A stretch of DNA of 64,000 nt from Candidatus Caccovivens sp. Its GTDB lineage: Bacteria; Bacillota; Clostridia; Christensenellales; UBA1242. Location: the NCBI GenBank assembly GCA_045650745.1, contig JAZRRN010000043.1, forward strand, positions 5,901-69,900. The letters run 5' to 3'. Every line of letters begins with the position of its first letter. The first letter of the stretch is position 1. The notes beneath the pieces are model-generated. The model was not told the origin of the DNA. It saw only the letters and a program-made list of their open reading frames with translations, and searched no databases. Of the stretch, positions 40,626-49,340 are shown piece by piece. The translations under genes and the position numbers were made by a program.

Positions 40626-41338
40626 GTTTAGATGAAAGAATTGAAGATTTGCAATGCCAAGGGTTGAAAATTGTTCAAAACAAAAAACTTTACACTTTCA
40701 CTTCTGACAGTGTGATTTTGGCAAACTATGCAAAAACAAAAGCAAAAGACATAGTTGTTGAAATTGGCAGTGGAAGTGGAGTAATTTCAATTTTGCTTCA
40801 AGCAAAAAACAAACTAAACAAAATCTATGCTTTTGAAATTCAACCAGAAATGCAAGATTTGTGTGAAAAAAACATAAAGTTAAACAACTTGCAAGACAAA
40901 ATTGTTTTGGTGAGAGATGATATAAACAATTTCAAACAATATATTTCACCTGCAAGCGTTGATGTTGTTGTTGCAAATCCACCTTATTTCAAAAAAACAG
41001 ATTTCAAACAAGACAAGGTAAAACAAATTGCAAAAGAAGAAGTTTGCCTGACTGCCGAGCAACTTGTTGCAGTGACAAGCAAAATGCTTAAAGATGGTGG
41101 AGCGTTTTGGTGTTGCTTTCCAGCAGAGCGAAGTTGCGAACTGATTTCGTTGTGTCAAAACAATGCATTGGCCATCAAAGAAATGTTTTTTACAGAAAAT
41201 GGCAAAGGCGAAGTAAAGTTGTTTGTTTGCAAAGCTGTCAAAAATGGAAAGTGTGGCACAAAGGTTTTGCCAAATTTGATTACAAATGAAACAGATGGAA
41301 ATTATTTAGAAAAATTGCATACAAAAAATATTAAATAA
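40622..41338 (+). CDS. tRNA1(Val) A37 N6-methyltransferase family (YabB/YfiC-like)
   Basis: TSDSVILA, EIGSGSG SAM-binding motif, NPPYF, conserved position after ricT. Confidence 0.88.
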   Translation: MSLDERIEDLQCQGLKIVQNKKLYTFTSDSVILANYAKTKAKDIVVEIGSGSGVISILLQAKNKLNKIYAFEIQPEMQDLCEKNIKLNNLQDKIVLVRDDINNFKQYISPASVDVVVANPPYFKKTDFKQDKVKQIAKEEVCLTAEQLVAVTSKMLKDGGAFWCCFPAERSCELISLCQNNALAIKEMFFTENGKGEVKLFVCKAVKNGKCGTKVLPNLITNETDGNYLEKLHTKNIK

Positions 41339-41425
41339 TTATTTTAAATAATTGCAAAAAATTGGCAAAATTTAAATAAATAATTAAAATATTAAAAAAC
41401 AATTAAAAATAATAAAAAAAATAAT

Positions 41426-41452
41426 AAAAACTGCATTTTTTGCAGTTTTTTT
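41426..41452. terminator. Bidirectional terminator between convergent genes
   Basis: AAAAACTGCA-TTTTT-TGCAGTTTTT. Confidence 0.75.
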
Positions 41453-41512
41453 GTTATTTATTTGATATTTTCTTTTATTTTTGATTAATTTTATTTTTTT
41501 ATTTATTTTAAA

Positions 41513-42019
41513 TTAAATTATTCTGCAAAGCAGACAAGCAATTATTGTGCCGACAAAAGAGCAAAACAATGCGACAGGGATTGCATATAAAAGTTTTTTG
41601 ACTTTGGTTTGCGAAAGATATATTGTTGCAACATAGAAGATTGTTTCGCTGCACCCCATGATGACGCTTGCACAACGAGAGATATAACTGTCAGCACCAT
41701 AAGTTGCGAAAATGTTTTCCAAAATCCCATAACTTCCACTGCCGGTGAATGGGCGAAGCATCACGAGTTCGCAAAGTTGGGGTGGTATGCCAAGCAACTT
41801 GAAGATGGGGGATATTATTTTGACAAGAAATGTTGTTATGCCACTCACTCTCAATAGAGCTACTGCAATCAAAATCGAAGCGATAAATGGGAAAATGTCA
41901 ACAACCAACCTTATTGCACCTTTTGCCCCTTTGACAAAGTGGTCATAGGTGTTGATTCTTTTGTAAATGCAATACAAAAGCAACAGCAAAAACAGGATTG
42001 GAAGAATATAGTCGCTCAC
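41513..42019 (-). CDS. spmB: Spore maturation protein B
   Basis: YDHFVKGAKGA, LRPFTGSGS, GADSYI, SETIFYV. GTG start at 42019 after AAGGAG, overlapping the spmA stop. Confidence 0.92.
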   Translation of the reverse strand: MSDYILPILFLLLLLYCIYKRINTYDHFVKGAKGAIRLVVDIFPFIASILIAVALLRVSGITTFLVKIISPIFKLLGIPPQLCELVMLRPFTGSGSYGILENIFATYGADSYISRCASVIMGCSETIFYVATIYLSQTKVKKLLYAIPVALFCSFVGTIIACLLCRII

Positions 42020-42594
42020 GGTCTTCTCCTTTTGCATTTGTTTTTGATTTTGTCTATTGCATAAACCAGAAAAATGCCAAGGAGGGTTGTGCAAATTGTT
42101 GCAATCAGAGTTGGCATGATTATATCAGCAGGATTTTGAGATCCTGCACTTGCTCTAAGGCCAATGATTGTGCTTGGAAGCAGCTGAATTGAGGTTGCAT
42201 TGATGACAACAAGCATAATCATCGAAAAATTTGCTTTGCCGGACTTGTCATCAAGTGCTTGCATTGCCTTTATGCCCATTGGTGTTGAGGCGTTGCCGAT
42301 GCCAAGCATGTTTGCAGAAAGGTTGAGGGCAATCATTTTTTGAATTTCGTGGTTGTCAACTTTGAAAATCTTTTTTATCAAGGGTCTAAGCACTTTTGCA
42401 AGTTTTTCACTCAAACCACTTGCGTCCAAAAGTTCGACAAAACCAAGCCAAATTGCATAAATTGCACACAATTCGATGCACAAATCAAGAGCCTGCGCTG
42501 ATGCACCGATCATTTCGCTTAACATTGCAGATGGATTTGTTACAAGCAAAACCAAAATGCTTGCAAACATCATTATCGTCCAGAAGATATTCAT
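42016..42594 (-). CDS. spmA: Spore maturation protein A
   Basis: WLG, NLSANMLGIGNASTPMGIKAM, INATSIQLLPST, adjacent to spmB. Confidence 0.93.
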   Translation of the reverse strand: MNIFWTIMMFASILVLLVTNPSAMLSEMIGASAQALDLCIELCAIYAIWLGFVELLDASGLSEKLAKVLRPLIKKIFKVDNHEIQKMIALNLSANMLGIGNASTPMGIKAMQALDDKSGKANFSMIMLVVINATSIQLLPSTIIGLRASAGSQNPADIIMPTLIATICTTLLGIFLVYAIDKIKNKCKRRRP

Positions 42595-42663
42595 ATATTT
42601 ATTTATGCATTTTGTGCAAAAAAAAGAAGATTGACCAACTGCAAGGCAATTGGCAACTCTTTC

Positions 42664-42692
42664 TTGACTTGTTTTGGGGGTTTTGATATACT
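42664..42692 (+). promoter_or_regulatory. Sigma-A promoter of tatD-rsmA, leaderless arrangement
   Basis: TTGACT-N17-TATACT, then 6 nt, then an in-frame GTG at 42699. Confidence 0.75.
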
Positions 42693-42698
42693 TTGAGT

Positions 42699-43460
42699 GT
42701 GAAAATGGTTGATGTGCACGCTCACCTTACAGACCAAAAGTTTGATGATGTTGAGCAAGTTGTTTTTAGAGCAGAAGAAAATGGGGTGAACAAGATAATT
42801 TGTTCGGCCTATAATCTTTTGTCATCACAACAAGCAGTTGACCTTTCAAAAAAATACTATCAAGTGTTTGCAAATGTAGGTGTCCACCCAGAAAATGTTG
42901 AAGAGTGGAATGAAGAAACATTAAAAAAACTCGAAAATTTGTCAAAAAACAGCAAAATTGTGGCAATTGGAGAGGTTGGTCTGGATTATTATTGGCGACA
43001 AGATACAAAGGAAAAACAGAAGCAAATTTTTGTTGAGCAAATAAATCTTGCAAACAAGTTGAACTTGCCAATTGTTGTGCACAGCAGAGATGCGATGGGC
43101 GACACGATTGAAATTTTGAAAAACAATCAACCAAACAAAGAAAGTTTGCTTCATTGTTATAGTGGCAGTGTTGAAAGTGCAAAGATATTGATGGATTTGG
43201 GATTTTCTTTTTCGTTTGGTGGGGTTGTAACTTTTTCAAATGCAAAAACTGCAGTTGAAGTTGTAAAATTTTTGCCTATTGAAAAAATTTTGCTTGAAAC
43301 AGATTGCCCATATTTGACACCCGTTCCATTCAGAGGAAAGAGAAACGAACCAAAAAATGTTGTTTATGTGGCAGATATGATTGCACGAATTAAAAATATG
43401 ACAATTGAAGAAGTGGCTGCAAAGACCACAGAAAATGCGAAGAGGTTGTTTGGGATATGA
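42699..43460 (+). CDS. tatD: TatD family nuclease
   Basis: DVHAH, GVHP, AIGEVGLDY, VHSRDA, HCYSG, ETDCPYL, RGKRNEP. Confidence 0.95.
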   Translation: MKMVDVHAHLTDQKFDDVEQVVFRAEENGVNKIICSAYNLLSSQQAVDLSKKYYQVFANVGVHPENVEEWNEETLKKLENLSKNSKIVAIGEVGLDYYWRQDTKEKQKQIFVEQINLANKLNLPIVVHSRDAMGDTIEILKNNQPNKESLLHCYSGSVESAKILMDLGFSFSFGGVVTFSNAKTAVEVVKFLPIEKILLETDCPYLTPVPFRGKRNEPKNVVYVADMIARIKNMTIEEVAAKTTENAKRLFGI

Positions 43461-44245
43461 AAGAAGATTTTGTTTTTAAGAAAAAGTTTGGACAAAACTT
43501 TATAAGTGACAAAAATTTGCTTAATGCAATTGCAACAGATGCTGAGGTTTCTGCTGACAGTCAAGTGCTCGAAATTGGTGCTGGTGCAGGAAGTTTGACA
43601 ACAGTTTTGAGTGAAAATGCAAAAAAAGTTGTTTCTTTTGAAATTGACAAAGATTTGCAACAACACCTTTTGGATTTAAATTTGCCAAATGTAGAATTTG
43701 TTTTTGGCGATTTTATGGATTGTGATTTGAGAGATGTCGAAGCAAAGTTTGATGGCAACTACAAAGTTGTTGCAAACTTGCCATATTACATCACAACACC
43801 AATCATCTTCAAACTTTTGGAAAACTCAACAAAGCTTGACAGTTTGACAATCATGGTGCAAAAAGAAGTTGCTGAAAGAGTGTGTGCTGGAGTTGGTGGA
43901 AAAGATTATGGCATTTTGACAGTTATGACAAACTTTTATGGCACGCCAAAGATAACTCGAATTATCAAAAGACAAATGTTTTATCCTGCACCAAATGTTG
44001 ATTCGGCTCTTTTGCACATTAAACTGGAAAAAAACAAGTTTGCAGACATCGACAATGCAAAATTTTTGAAATTTATAAAAAGTTGTTTTTCGATGAGAAG
44101 AAAAACCTTGCTCAACAATCTTGGGTCAGTTTATACAAAAGACAAATTGAAAGCGACTTTGGGAGAAGAAGTTTTGGCAAAGCGAGCAGAAGCGTTTTCG
44201 CTTGAAGAATTTGTTGAAATATTTAAAAAATGTCAATCAATTTGA
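43457..44245 (+). CDS. rsmA: 16S rRNA m6,2A dimethyltransferase KsgA
   Basis: KKKFGQNF, LEIGAGAGSLT, EID, ANLPYYITTP, MVQKEVAER, PAPNVDSA, RRKTL. Confidence 0.97.
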   Translation: MKEDFVFKKKFGQNFISDKNLLNAIATDAEVSADSQVLEIGAGAGSLTTVLSENAKKVVSFEIDKDLQQHLLDLNLPNVEFVFGDFMDCDLRDVEAKFDGNYKVVANLPYYITTPIIFKLLENSTKLDSLTIMVQKEVAERVCAGVGGKDYGILTVMTNFYGTPKITRIIKRQMFYPAPNVDSALLHIKLEKNKFADIDNAKFLKFIKSCFSMRRKTLLNNLGSVYTKDKLKATLGEEVLAKRAEAFSLEEFVEIFKKCQSI

Positions 44246-44280
44246 TTGGCATTTTTTGTTTTTTGAGAATAGAACAAAAT

Positions 44281-44448
44281 ATGAAAACAGATGAAGAAAT
44301 GGTGCTGTTTGCAACAAGTATTGCAATGCAACTTGCAAATGGTCTTGACGAAGAAGAAATTGAAGAGCTTAGGTGTCTGCTCAATCAAATAATGTGTTCT
44401 CTTTCGACACTTGCAGGCAAAAGGCGACTATGCAAGCACAAAAAATGA
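44281..44448 (+). CDS. Small helical protein resembling clostridial DUF6774-type proteins
   Basis: ATG 44281. The pattern EMVLFATSIAMQLANGL..EE...L..LL.QI..SL.TL was recognised from memory only. Confidence 0.55.
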   Translation: MKTDEEMVLFATSIAMQLANGLDEEEIEELRCLLNQIMCSLSTLAGKRRLCKHKK

Positions 44449-44458
44449 TTTGGACAAC

Positions 44459-44486
44459 AAAAAAAACTGCCATTTGGCAGTTTTTT
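44459..44486. terminator. Bidirectional terminator
   Basis: AAAAAACTGCC-ATTT-GGCAGTTTTTT between convergent genes. Confidence 0.8.
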
Positions 44487-44928
44487 ATTCTGCTTCAACC
44501 ACAACAGTAAACTTTGCAGTGATTTCTGGATAAACCTTTGCAACAACGCTGTATGTGCCTGATGATTTGATTGCGTCTTTCAAATCGATTTTCTTTTTGT
44601 CGAGTGTGATGCCGATTTTTTGAAGTTGGTCAGCAATTTCTTTGCTTGTGATCGAACCAAAAGTTTTTCCGTTGCTTCCACATTTGATTTTGAGAGTCAC
44701 TGATTTTCCTTCAAGCTTTTCTGCAAGAACTTTTGCTGCTGCAATTTCTTGTTGTTTGTGATATTTTGCTGCTTCGCCTTGAATTTTGTTTTCGTTCATA
44801 GCACTGTTGTCAGCGATGCGAGCCATTCCGTTTTTCAAAAGAAAGTTTTTGGCAAAACCGTCTGCAACTTCTTTGATTTCCCCCTTCTTTCCTGTGCCTT
44901 TTACATCTTTAAGCAAAACTACTTTCAT
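44485..44928 (-). CDS. rplI: 50S ribosomal protein L9
   Basis: [42 protein letters not shown]. Confidence 0.97.
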   Translation of the reverse strand: MKVVLLKDVKGTGKKGEIKEVADGFAKNFLLKNGMARIADNSAMNENKIQGEAAKYHKQQEIAAAKVLAEKLEGKSVTLKIKCGSNGKTFGSITSKEIADQLQKIGITLDKKKIDLKDAIKSSGTYSVVAKVYPEITAKFTVVVEAE

Positions 44929-45010
44929 GATTATTCTCCTTTCAAAACAAGTTTACAACAATTGGGTTTGTTTTGTCAAGAATTGGCAAAGATAACTTTG
45001 AGGAGAATGT

Positions 45011-45325
45011 ATGGACATTAGATGCAGAAAGACAGGTTGCATACACAACGACAAATATACCTGCAAAGCGAAAGAAATTTTGATTGAAACTGATTGTTGT
45101 TGTCAAAAATTTGAAGAGGATTTGCAGAAACCAAAAGTGGACAAAACTCAATACATTTTTTCGGACAATCCACCCAAATATGCGCCACAGAGAGATTCGC
45201 AGACCATTGGTATTGGGTGCAAAGCCCATTGCCTTTTCAACCGAGATGGAAAATGTGTTGCAAACGGGATTACGCTCAATGATATCAAAGAAAAACCATT
45301 GTGCATAACCTTTTTGAAAAAATAA
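45011..45325 (+). CDS. Cys-rich protein with two DUF1540-like domains
   Basis: Two C-x4-C-x2-N-x4-C-x-A-x2-I...C-x2-F units, GAGGAG Shine-Dalgarno. Confidence 0.75.
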   Translation: MDIRCRKTGCIHNDKYTCKAKEILIETDCCCQKFEEDLQKPKVDKTQYIFSDNPPKYAPQRDSQTIGIGCKAHCLFNRDGKCVANGITLNDIKEKPLCITFLKK

Positions 45326-45343
45326 TACTCCTAAAAAAATGTC

Positions 45344-45372
45344 TTGCAAAAAGCGAAGATGTGTTGTATAAT
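45344..45372 (+). promoter_or_regulatory. Sigma-A promoter, leaderless arrangement
   Basis: TTGCAA-N17-TATAAT, then 6 nt, then ATG 45379. Confidence 0.75.
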
Positions 45373-45378
45373 ATGGGC

Positions 45379-46707
45379 ATGGGAAGACAAAAGAAAGAAG
45401 ACAAACTCAACGCAGTTGCAACTGCCCCTGCAGGACAACCTTCTGCAACAGGATCAGAACCTGCTGTTGATGTTCAAAAAGTAAAAAATGAATACTTGAA
45501 AGTGTTCTATTACCAAACAAAAATCAAAGATGGTTTGCTTGGAACTTTTTCTACTGACGGGAAATACAAGATCACAAACGATCAGATTTTGCAAGATTTG
45601 GTAAACATTCCAAAAAAGTTTGAAGAAAAAGATGGAGACAATTATTATTCGTCTTCAAGAGTGGGCAGTCATGTGCTCAACTTTAGAGTGACTTTGGATA
45701 TTTCAGAGTCTTATTGCAATGCGCATTTGGCATTGATCGAAGTTGAACATGGCCTTGATGAGGATATTAAGCATGTTACCGAACTTGGTGACATTGTAGA
45801 GCCTTATTCGCCAAAGTTTAAGGAAAATGTATACAAGGCATGGAATATTCATCTTCAAGAAGAAGAATATGAAAAGACCGACTTCATCTATTCTTATATG
45901 CATTCGCAAACAGAAGACTACAACTTCAGCATCGAACTTACAGAAGTTTTGTCACAACTCTATTTGGCAAAATTGCTCAAGTTGTTGGAAGGTTGTGGCG
46001 AACTTGGTGCAAAAATCAAAGCCTTGTATATGGAATTGATTGAAAAACTTGCACAAAAAGATCCAAGCATCAGATTGGATCATACCAGAATGAAAAACAT
46101 TCTTGACAGATTGATGTTGAGCCATAAAGCATTTGAAATGTTGCTTGCAAACAAAGATGCAGCAGCTGCACTTGCTGGATACAGTGGACCTCTTGGCAGA
46201 GTTTTGGTGAGAGACAATGTCGTGCATGTCGAGAAAAAAGAAATGAAAAAAGACGAAAAGCCAGCCGAAAAGAAAGCTGAAGACTCTGGAAAGAAAAAGG
46301 GTGGAAAAAGCAAAGGCGGCGGTGGTGGCTCCGGTGGTGGGGCTGTCAAAATTGACTGGGGTAAATTGCCAAAGATTTCTGGTGGAGGCGGTGGAGCTGT
46401 AAAATTTGATAGCCCTGCAGTCAAACCAACACTCAAAGATGATGTTCCGTTGGCAATCAATCCAAGACCACAAATCCCAAATCTTATTGGAAGCGTGACA
46501 ATTGGTGTTAGACCTCCAACTCCGGTTAGACCTACACCTACAACACCTCCAATGTCTCCATATGATTTAGGCGAATATTCTGAAGAAGAACTTGAAATGA
46601 TGGAGCTTAGACAACTTCTTGACAACTTGAGAGAAGTAGGAAGAGGTGGACAAGTGACTTTTCCAGATCCAAACATGGGTGGATTGGGAAAAGAAAGAGA
46701 TAAATAA
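45379..46707 (+). CDS. Hypothetical protein with Lys/Gly- and Pro-rich low-complexity C-terminal region
   Basis: Long ORF with host-like codon use and its own promoter and terminator. No family recognised. Confidence 0.8.
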   Translation: MGRQKKEDKLNAVATAPAGQPSATGSEPAVDVQKVKNEYLKVFYYQTKIKDGLLGTFSTDGKYKITNDQILQDLVNIPKKFEEKDGDNYYSSSRVGSHVLNFRVTLDISESYCNAHLALIEVEHGLDEDIKHVTELGDIVEPYSPKFKENVYKAWNIHLQEEEYEKTDFIYSYMHSQTEDYNFSIELTEVLSQLYLAKLLKLLEGCGELGAKIKALYMELIEKLAQKDPSIRLDHTRMKNILDRLMLSHKAFEMLLANKDAAAALAGYSGPLGRVLVRDNVVHVEKKEMKKDEKPAEKKAEDSGKKKGGKSKGGGGGSGGGAVKIDWGKLPKISGGGGGAVKFDSPAVKPTLKDDVPLAINPRPQIPNLIGSVTIGVRPPTPVRPTPTTPPMSPYDLGEYSEEELEMMELRQLLDNLREVGRGGQVTFPDPNMGGLGKERDK

Positions 46708-46737
46708 AAAAAGAGATGAAAACTTCATCTCTTTTTT
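46706..46737. terminator. Bidirectional terminator
   Basis: AAAAAAGAGATGAA-AAC-TTCATCTCTTTTTT. Confidence 0.85.
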
Positions 46738-46744
46738 GTTTGTA

Positions 46745-47263
46745 TTATTTGTGTTTTGGTGGTTTTCCATTTGGATTTCCACCAGCTTCTAAATCTGGAG
46801 AAGCAAGTGTTATTCCTGCTGCTCTAGCAGCTTCTTTGTTTTTTTCGATTGAATCTTCCATTGCCAAGAAGAATTCTCCTGCAAAAGCAATTGTTGCTTT
46901 CTTTTCGTCAACAAGGCCAGCATCAATGTCTTTGATAAGTTTTTGATATTTTTCTGCAAAATAAAATGGGTCAGGCATTGTGATTTGTGCTTTTGCATTT
47001 TTTAAATCAAAAAGCGAACCTGAAATTTGTGCAGACAACTTGTTTCTTGTTGCAATAAGTTTGTTTGTTGCTTCTTTTGAAGTGCTTGTGATAAATGTAA
47101 AAAATTCTCCATCATCTGTCAACAATGCTGTGAGATTGTTGATTGCTTCTTTGAGAAGTTTGAGTGGGATTTTTGCTGCAGCAGATTTGCCCTCTTGCAT
47201 GATAAGCAAACCTGGGTGTTTGTCGTTTGATCTTTCATAAATAGCATTTTGAGGAATATTCAT
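46745..47263 (-). CDS. Hypothetical protein
   Basis: AAGGAG Shine-Dalgarno, TTTACA-N17-TATAAT promoter upstream on the - strand, ends at the shared terminator. Confidence 0.75.
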   Translation of the reverse strand: MNIPQNAIYERSNDKHPGLLIMQEGKSAAAKIPLKLLKEAINNLTALLTDDGEFFTFITSTSKEATNKLIATRNKLSAQISGSLFDLKNAKAQITMPDPFYFAEKYQKLIKDIDAGLVDEKKATIAFAGEFFLAMEDSIEKNKEAARAAGITLASPDLEAGGNPNGKPPKHK

Positions 47264-47400
47264 AATAAATCTCCTTTTTTATCAGTTGCCTAATTATAAC
47301 ACGGTTTTAGTTTTTTGTAAATACCATTTTTTTAAAATTTTGAATATTTTATGCTGGCTCTATCCACCCTATTATGTAAAAGACAGGAGAAAGTGGAGAT

Positions 47401-48945
47401 ATGGAGACTGGCAAATCTAGAGTTGGGACAAATGCAACGATGTTGCTGGCGAGTGGCTTGATATGCAAAATTGTTGGTGCTTTGTTTAGGTTGCCACTCA
47501 CAAGCGTGTTGGGGGTTGAAGGGATTGGAATCTTTCAACTGATAATGGCAACCTTTTCTTTTGCACTTGTGTTTTCAAGTGGTGGAGCAACTGTTGCACT
47601 TTCCAAAATGGTGGCTTCTCACAGGGCAAAAGGAGACTTTGTGAAAATAGGTGCCTGTTTTAGGCGAGCTATGTTGCAGGCTGTGGGGCTTGCGAGTTTG
47701 CTTGGCGTGGTGCTGGCTTGTTTATGGAAAAACATTTCCACATTTCAACACATATCCCCAAACAAGAGTTATCTGCTGTTTGTGATTTTGCTTCCTGTTG
47801 GGGCAAGTATGGCAGTGTTTAGGGGATACTTTCAGGGACAAGAAAATATGGTGCCTACAACAGTAAGTCAAATTCTGGAGCAGGCTGCAAAGTTTGTGCT
47901 TGGCTTGGCACTGGCGATAGCGTTTGGCAAACAAAGCGTGCAAGCTGGTGTGTTTGGAGCGTTTTTGGGGATAACTTTGAGCGAAGTGTTGGCAGCCGCA
48001 GTTTTGTTTGTGTGGTATTTGAGAAAAAGAAAAAGGTGTGTGTATTATAGCAAAGACAAAAATTTGTTTGCTGTGAGAAAAGAATATGATTCCAGCAACA
48101 TTTTGTTGACACTCGCAGCAATCAGCTTGCCACTTGCCAACATGATCGACAGTTTTTTGATTGTGGGCAGGTTGCAAAGAGCTGGCCTTTCGGCATCAAA
48201 GGCGACAGGGTTGTTTGGAGTTCAGTCTGGCATAGTGGGCACAATGCTAAATCTTCCACTTGCAATTTCGGTGGCAGTGGCTGCAGCTTGTTTGCCAAAC
48301 TTTTCGTTTTTGCTGGCAAAGGGTGAAAATGTGGGCGCTGCAATTGAAAAGGGGTTTAAACTTTTGCTGTTTTTGGTGCTCCCTGCCACTTTTGGGTTGG
48401 CTGCAGTTGCAAATGTTTTGTATAGAGTGATTTATCCGACCATATCTTACGAAACTTTGCTTGTTGCAACAAGTTTGACATTGTATGGGGCTTTTGCAAC
48501 AGTCTTTACTGCCCTGATGCAATATGCAATCATGATTTTGCAGGCAAAAGGAAAGATTGGTTTTGTTTCTGTGCTTACGGCAGTGGCAAGTGTTGTCAAG
48601 GTGGTGCTAACAATTTCGCTTGCTGCAGTTTCGTTTGTCAATGTTTATGCTTTGGTGATAGGCAATTTGGTGTTTTCGGGACTGGTTTGTGTGATCGCTT
48701 TGGCAAAACTGAAACAAAGTTTCAATTTCAAAATTCCTCTGTTGCAGATCGGCAATTTGCTTGTGGCAACAGCATTGATGTATGTGGCTGTGCGTGCCTT
48801 TTTGAAATATGTTTCACTTGTGCCAATGATCTCTTTGACTGGAGCTTTTTTGGTTGGTGTGTTTGTTTATTTTCTGGCAGTTGTGCCGTTTGCAATCAAA
48901 ACCCTTTTTCCACTTTTCCACAAATCAAAAGTGCAAAATGTTTAG
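47401..48945 (+). CDS. SpoVB/MurJ-like MOP superfamily flippase
   Basis: KIVGALFRLPL...LG.EGIG, FRGYFQG.ENMVPT.VSQILEQ, many TM helices. Confidence 0.88.
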   Translation: METGKSRVGTNATMLLASGLICKIVGALFRLPLTSVLGVEGIGIFQLIMATFSFALVFSSGGATVALSKMVASHRAKGDFVKIGACFRRAMLQAVGLASLLGVVLACLWKNISTFQHISPNKSYLLFVILLPVGASMAVFRGYFQGQENMVPTTVSQILEQAAKFVLGLALAIAFGKQSVQAGVFGAFLGITLSEVLAAAVLFVWYLRKRKRCVYYSKDKNLFAVRKEYDSSNILLTLAAISLPLANMIDSFLIVGRLQRAGLSASKATGLFGVQSGIVGTMLNLPLAISVAVAAACLPNFSFLLAKGENVGAAIEKGFKLLLFLVLPATFGLAAVANVLYRVIYPTISYETLLVATSLTLYGAFATVFTALMQYAIMILQAKGKIGFVSVLTAVASVVKVVLTISLAAVSFVNVYALVIGNLVFSGLVCVIALAKLKQSFNFKIPLLQIGNLLVATALMYVAVRAFLKYVSLVPMISLTGAFLVGVFVYFLAVVPFAIKTLFPLFHKSKVQNV

Positions 48946-48987
48946 ACTTTTGCCTGAATGGAAATGTTTGTTTTGTGAGGGGAGAAG

Positions 48988-49263
48988 TTGAACAAGAGTG
49001 AGTTTGTGGAATTGTTGGCAAAGAGGACTGGTTTTTCGAAATCTTGCTGCTTGAAAGTGCTGGAAGCGGCAAAGAAAACGATTGTTGAAGTGTGCTCAAA
49101 GGGTGGGCAGATTTCTATGAAAAACTTTGGCAAGTTTGTTTTGAAAGAGAGAAAATCTTGCCGATATTTCAACCCTCAAATTCAGCGATATTGCACCGGA
49201 AGAGCCAAAAAAGTGATCGAGTTTAAGAGTTTTGATGCGTTTAAATATGCATTCGACAAATAA
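48988..49263 (+). CDS. Divergent, Cys-rich HU/IHF family DNA-binding protein
   Basis: MNKSEFVELLAK, FGKF, NPQ and FK motifs. TTG start after GAGGGGAG. Confidence 0.8.
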   Translation: MNKSEFVELLAKRTGFSKSCCLKVLEAAKKTIVEVCSKGGQISMKNFGKFVLKERKSCRYFNPQIQRYCTGRAKKVIEFKSFDAFKYAFDK

Positions 49264-49272
49264 ATTTTTTTG

Positions 49273-49300
49273 AAAAAAGCAAGTTTAAGGCTTGTTTTTT
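49273..49300 (+). terminator. Intrinsic terminator after HU
   Basis: AAAAAAGCAAG-N7-CTTGTTTTTT. Confidence 0.6.
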
Positions 49301-49340
49301 CTTTTGTTTAACAAACAAAGTATGCTAATATAATAAAACA

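Noticed and set aside
44965-44994. Sigma-F/G-like promoters before the DUF1540-like gene, the Ca-ATPase and spmA
   Set aside because: Only partial matches with off-consensus -35 elements or spacing, too weak to call in AT-rich DNA.
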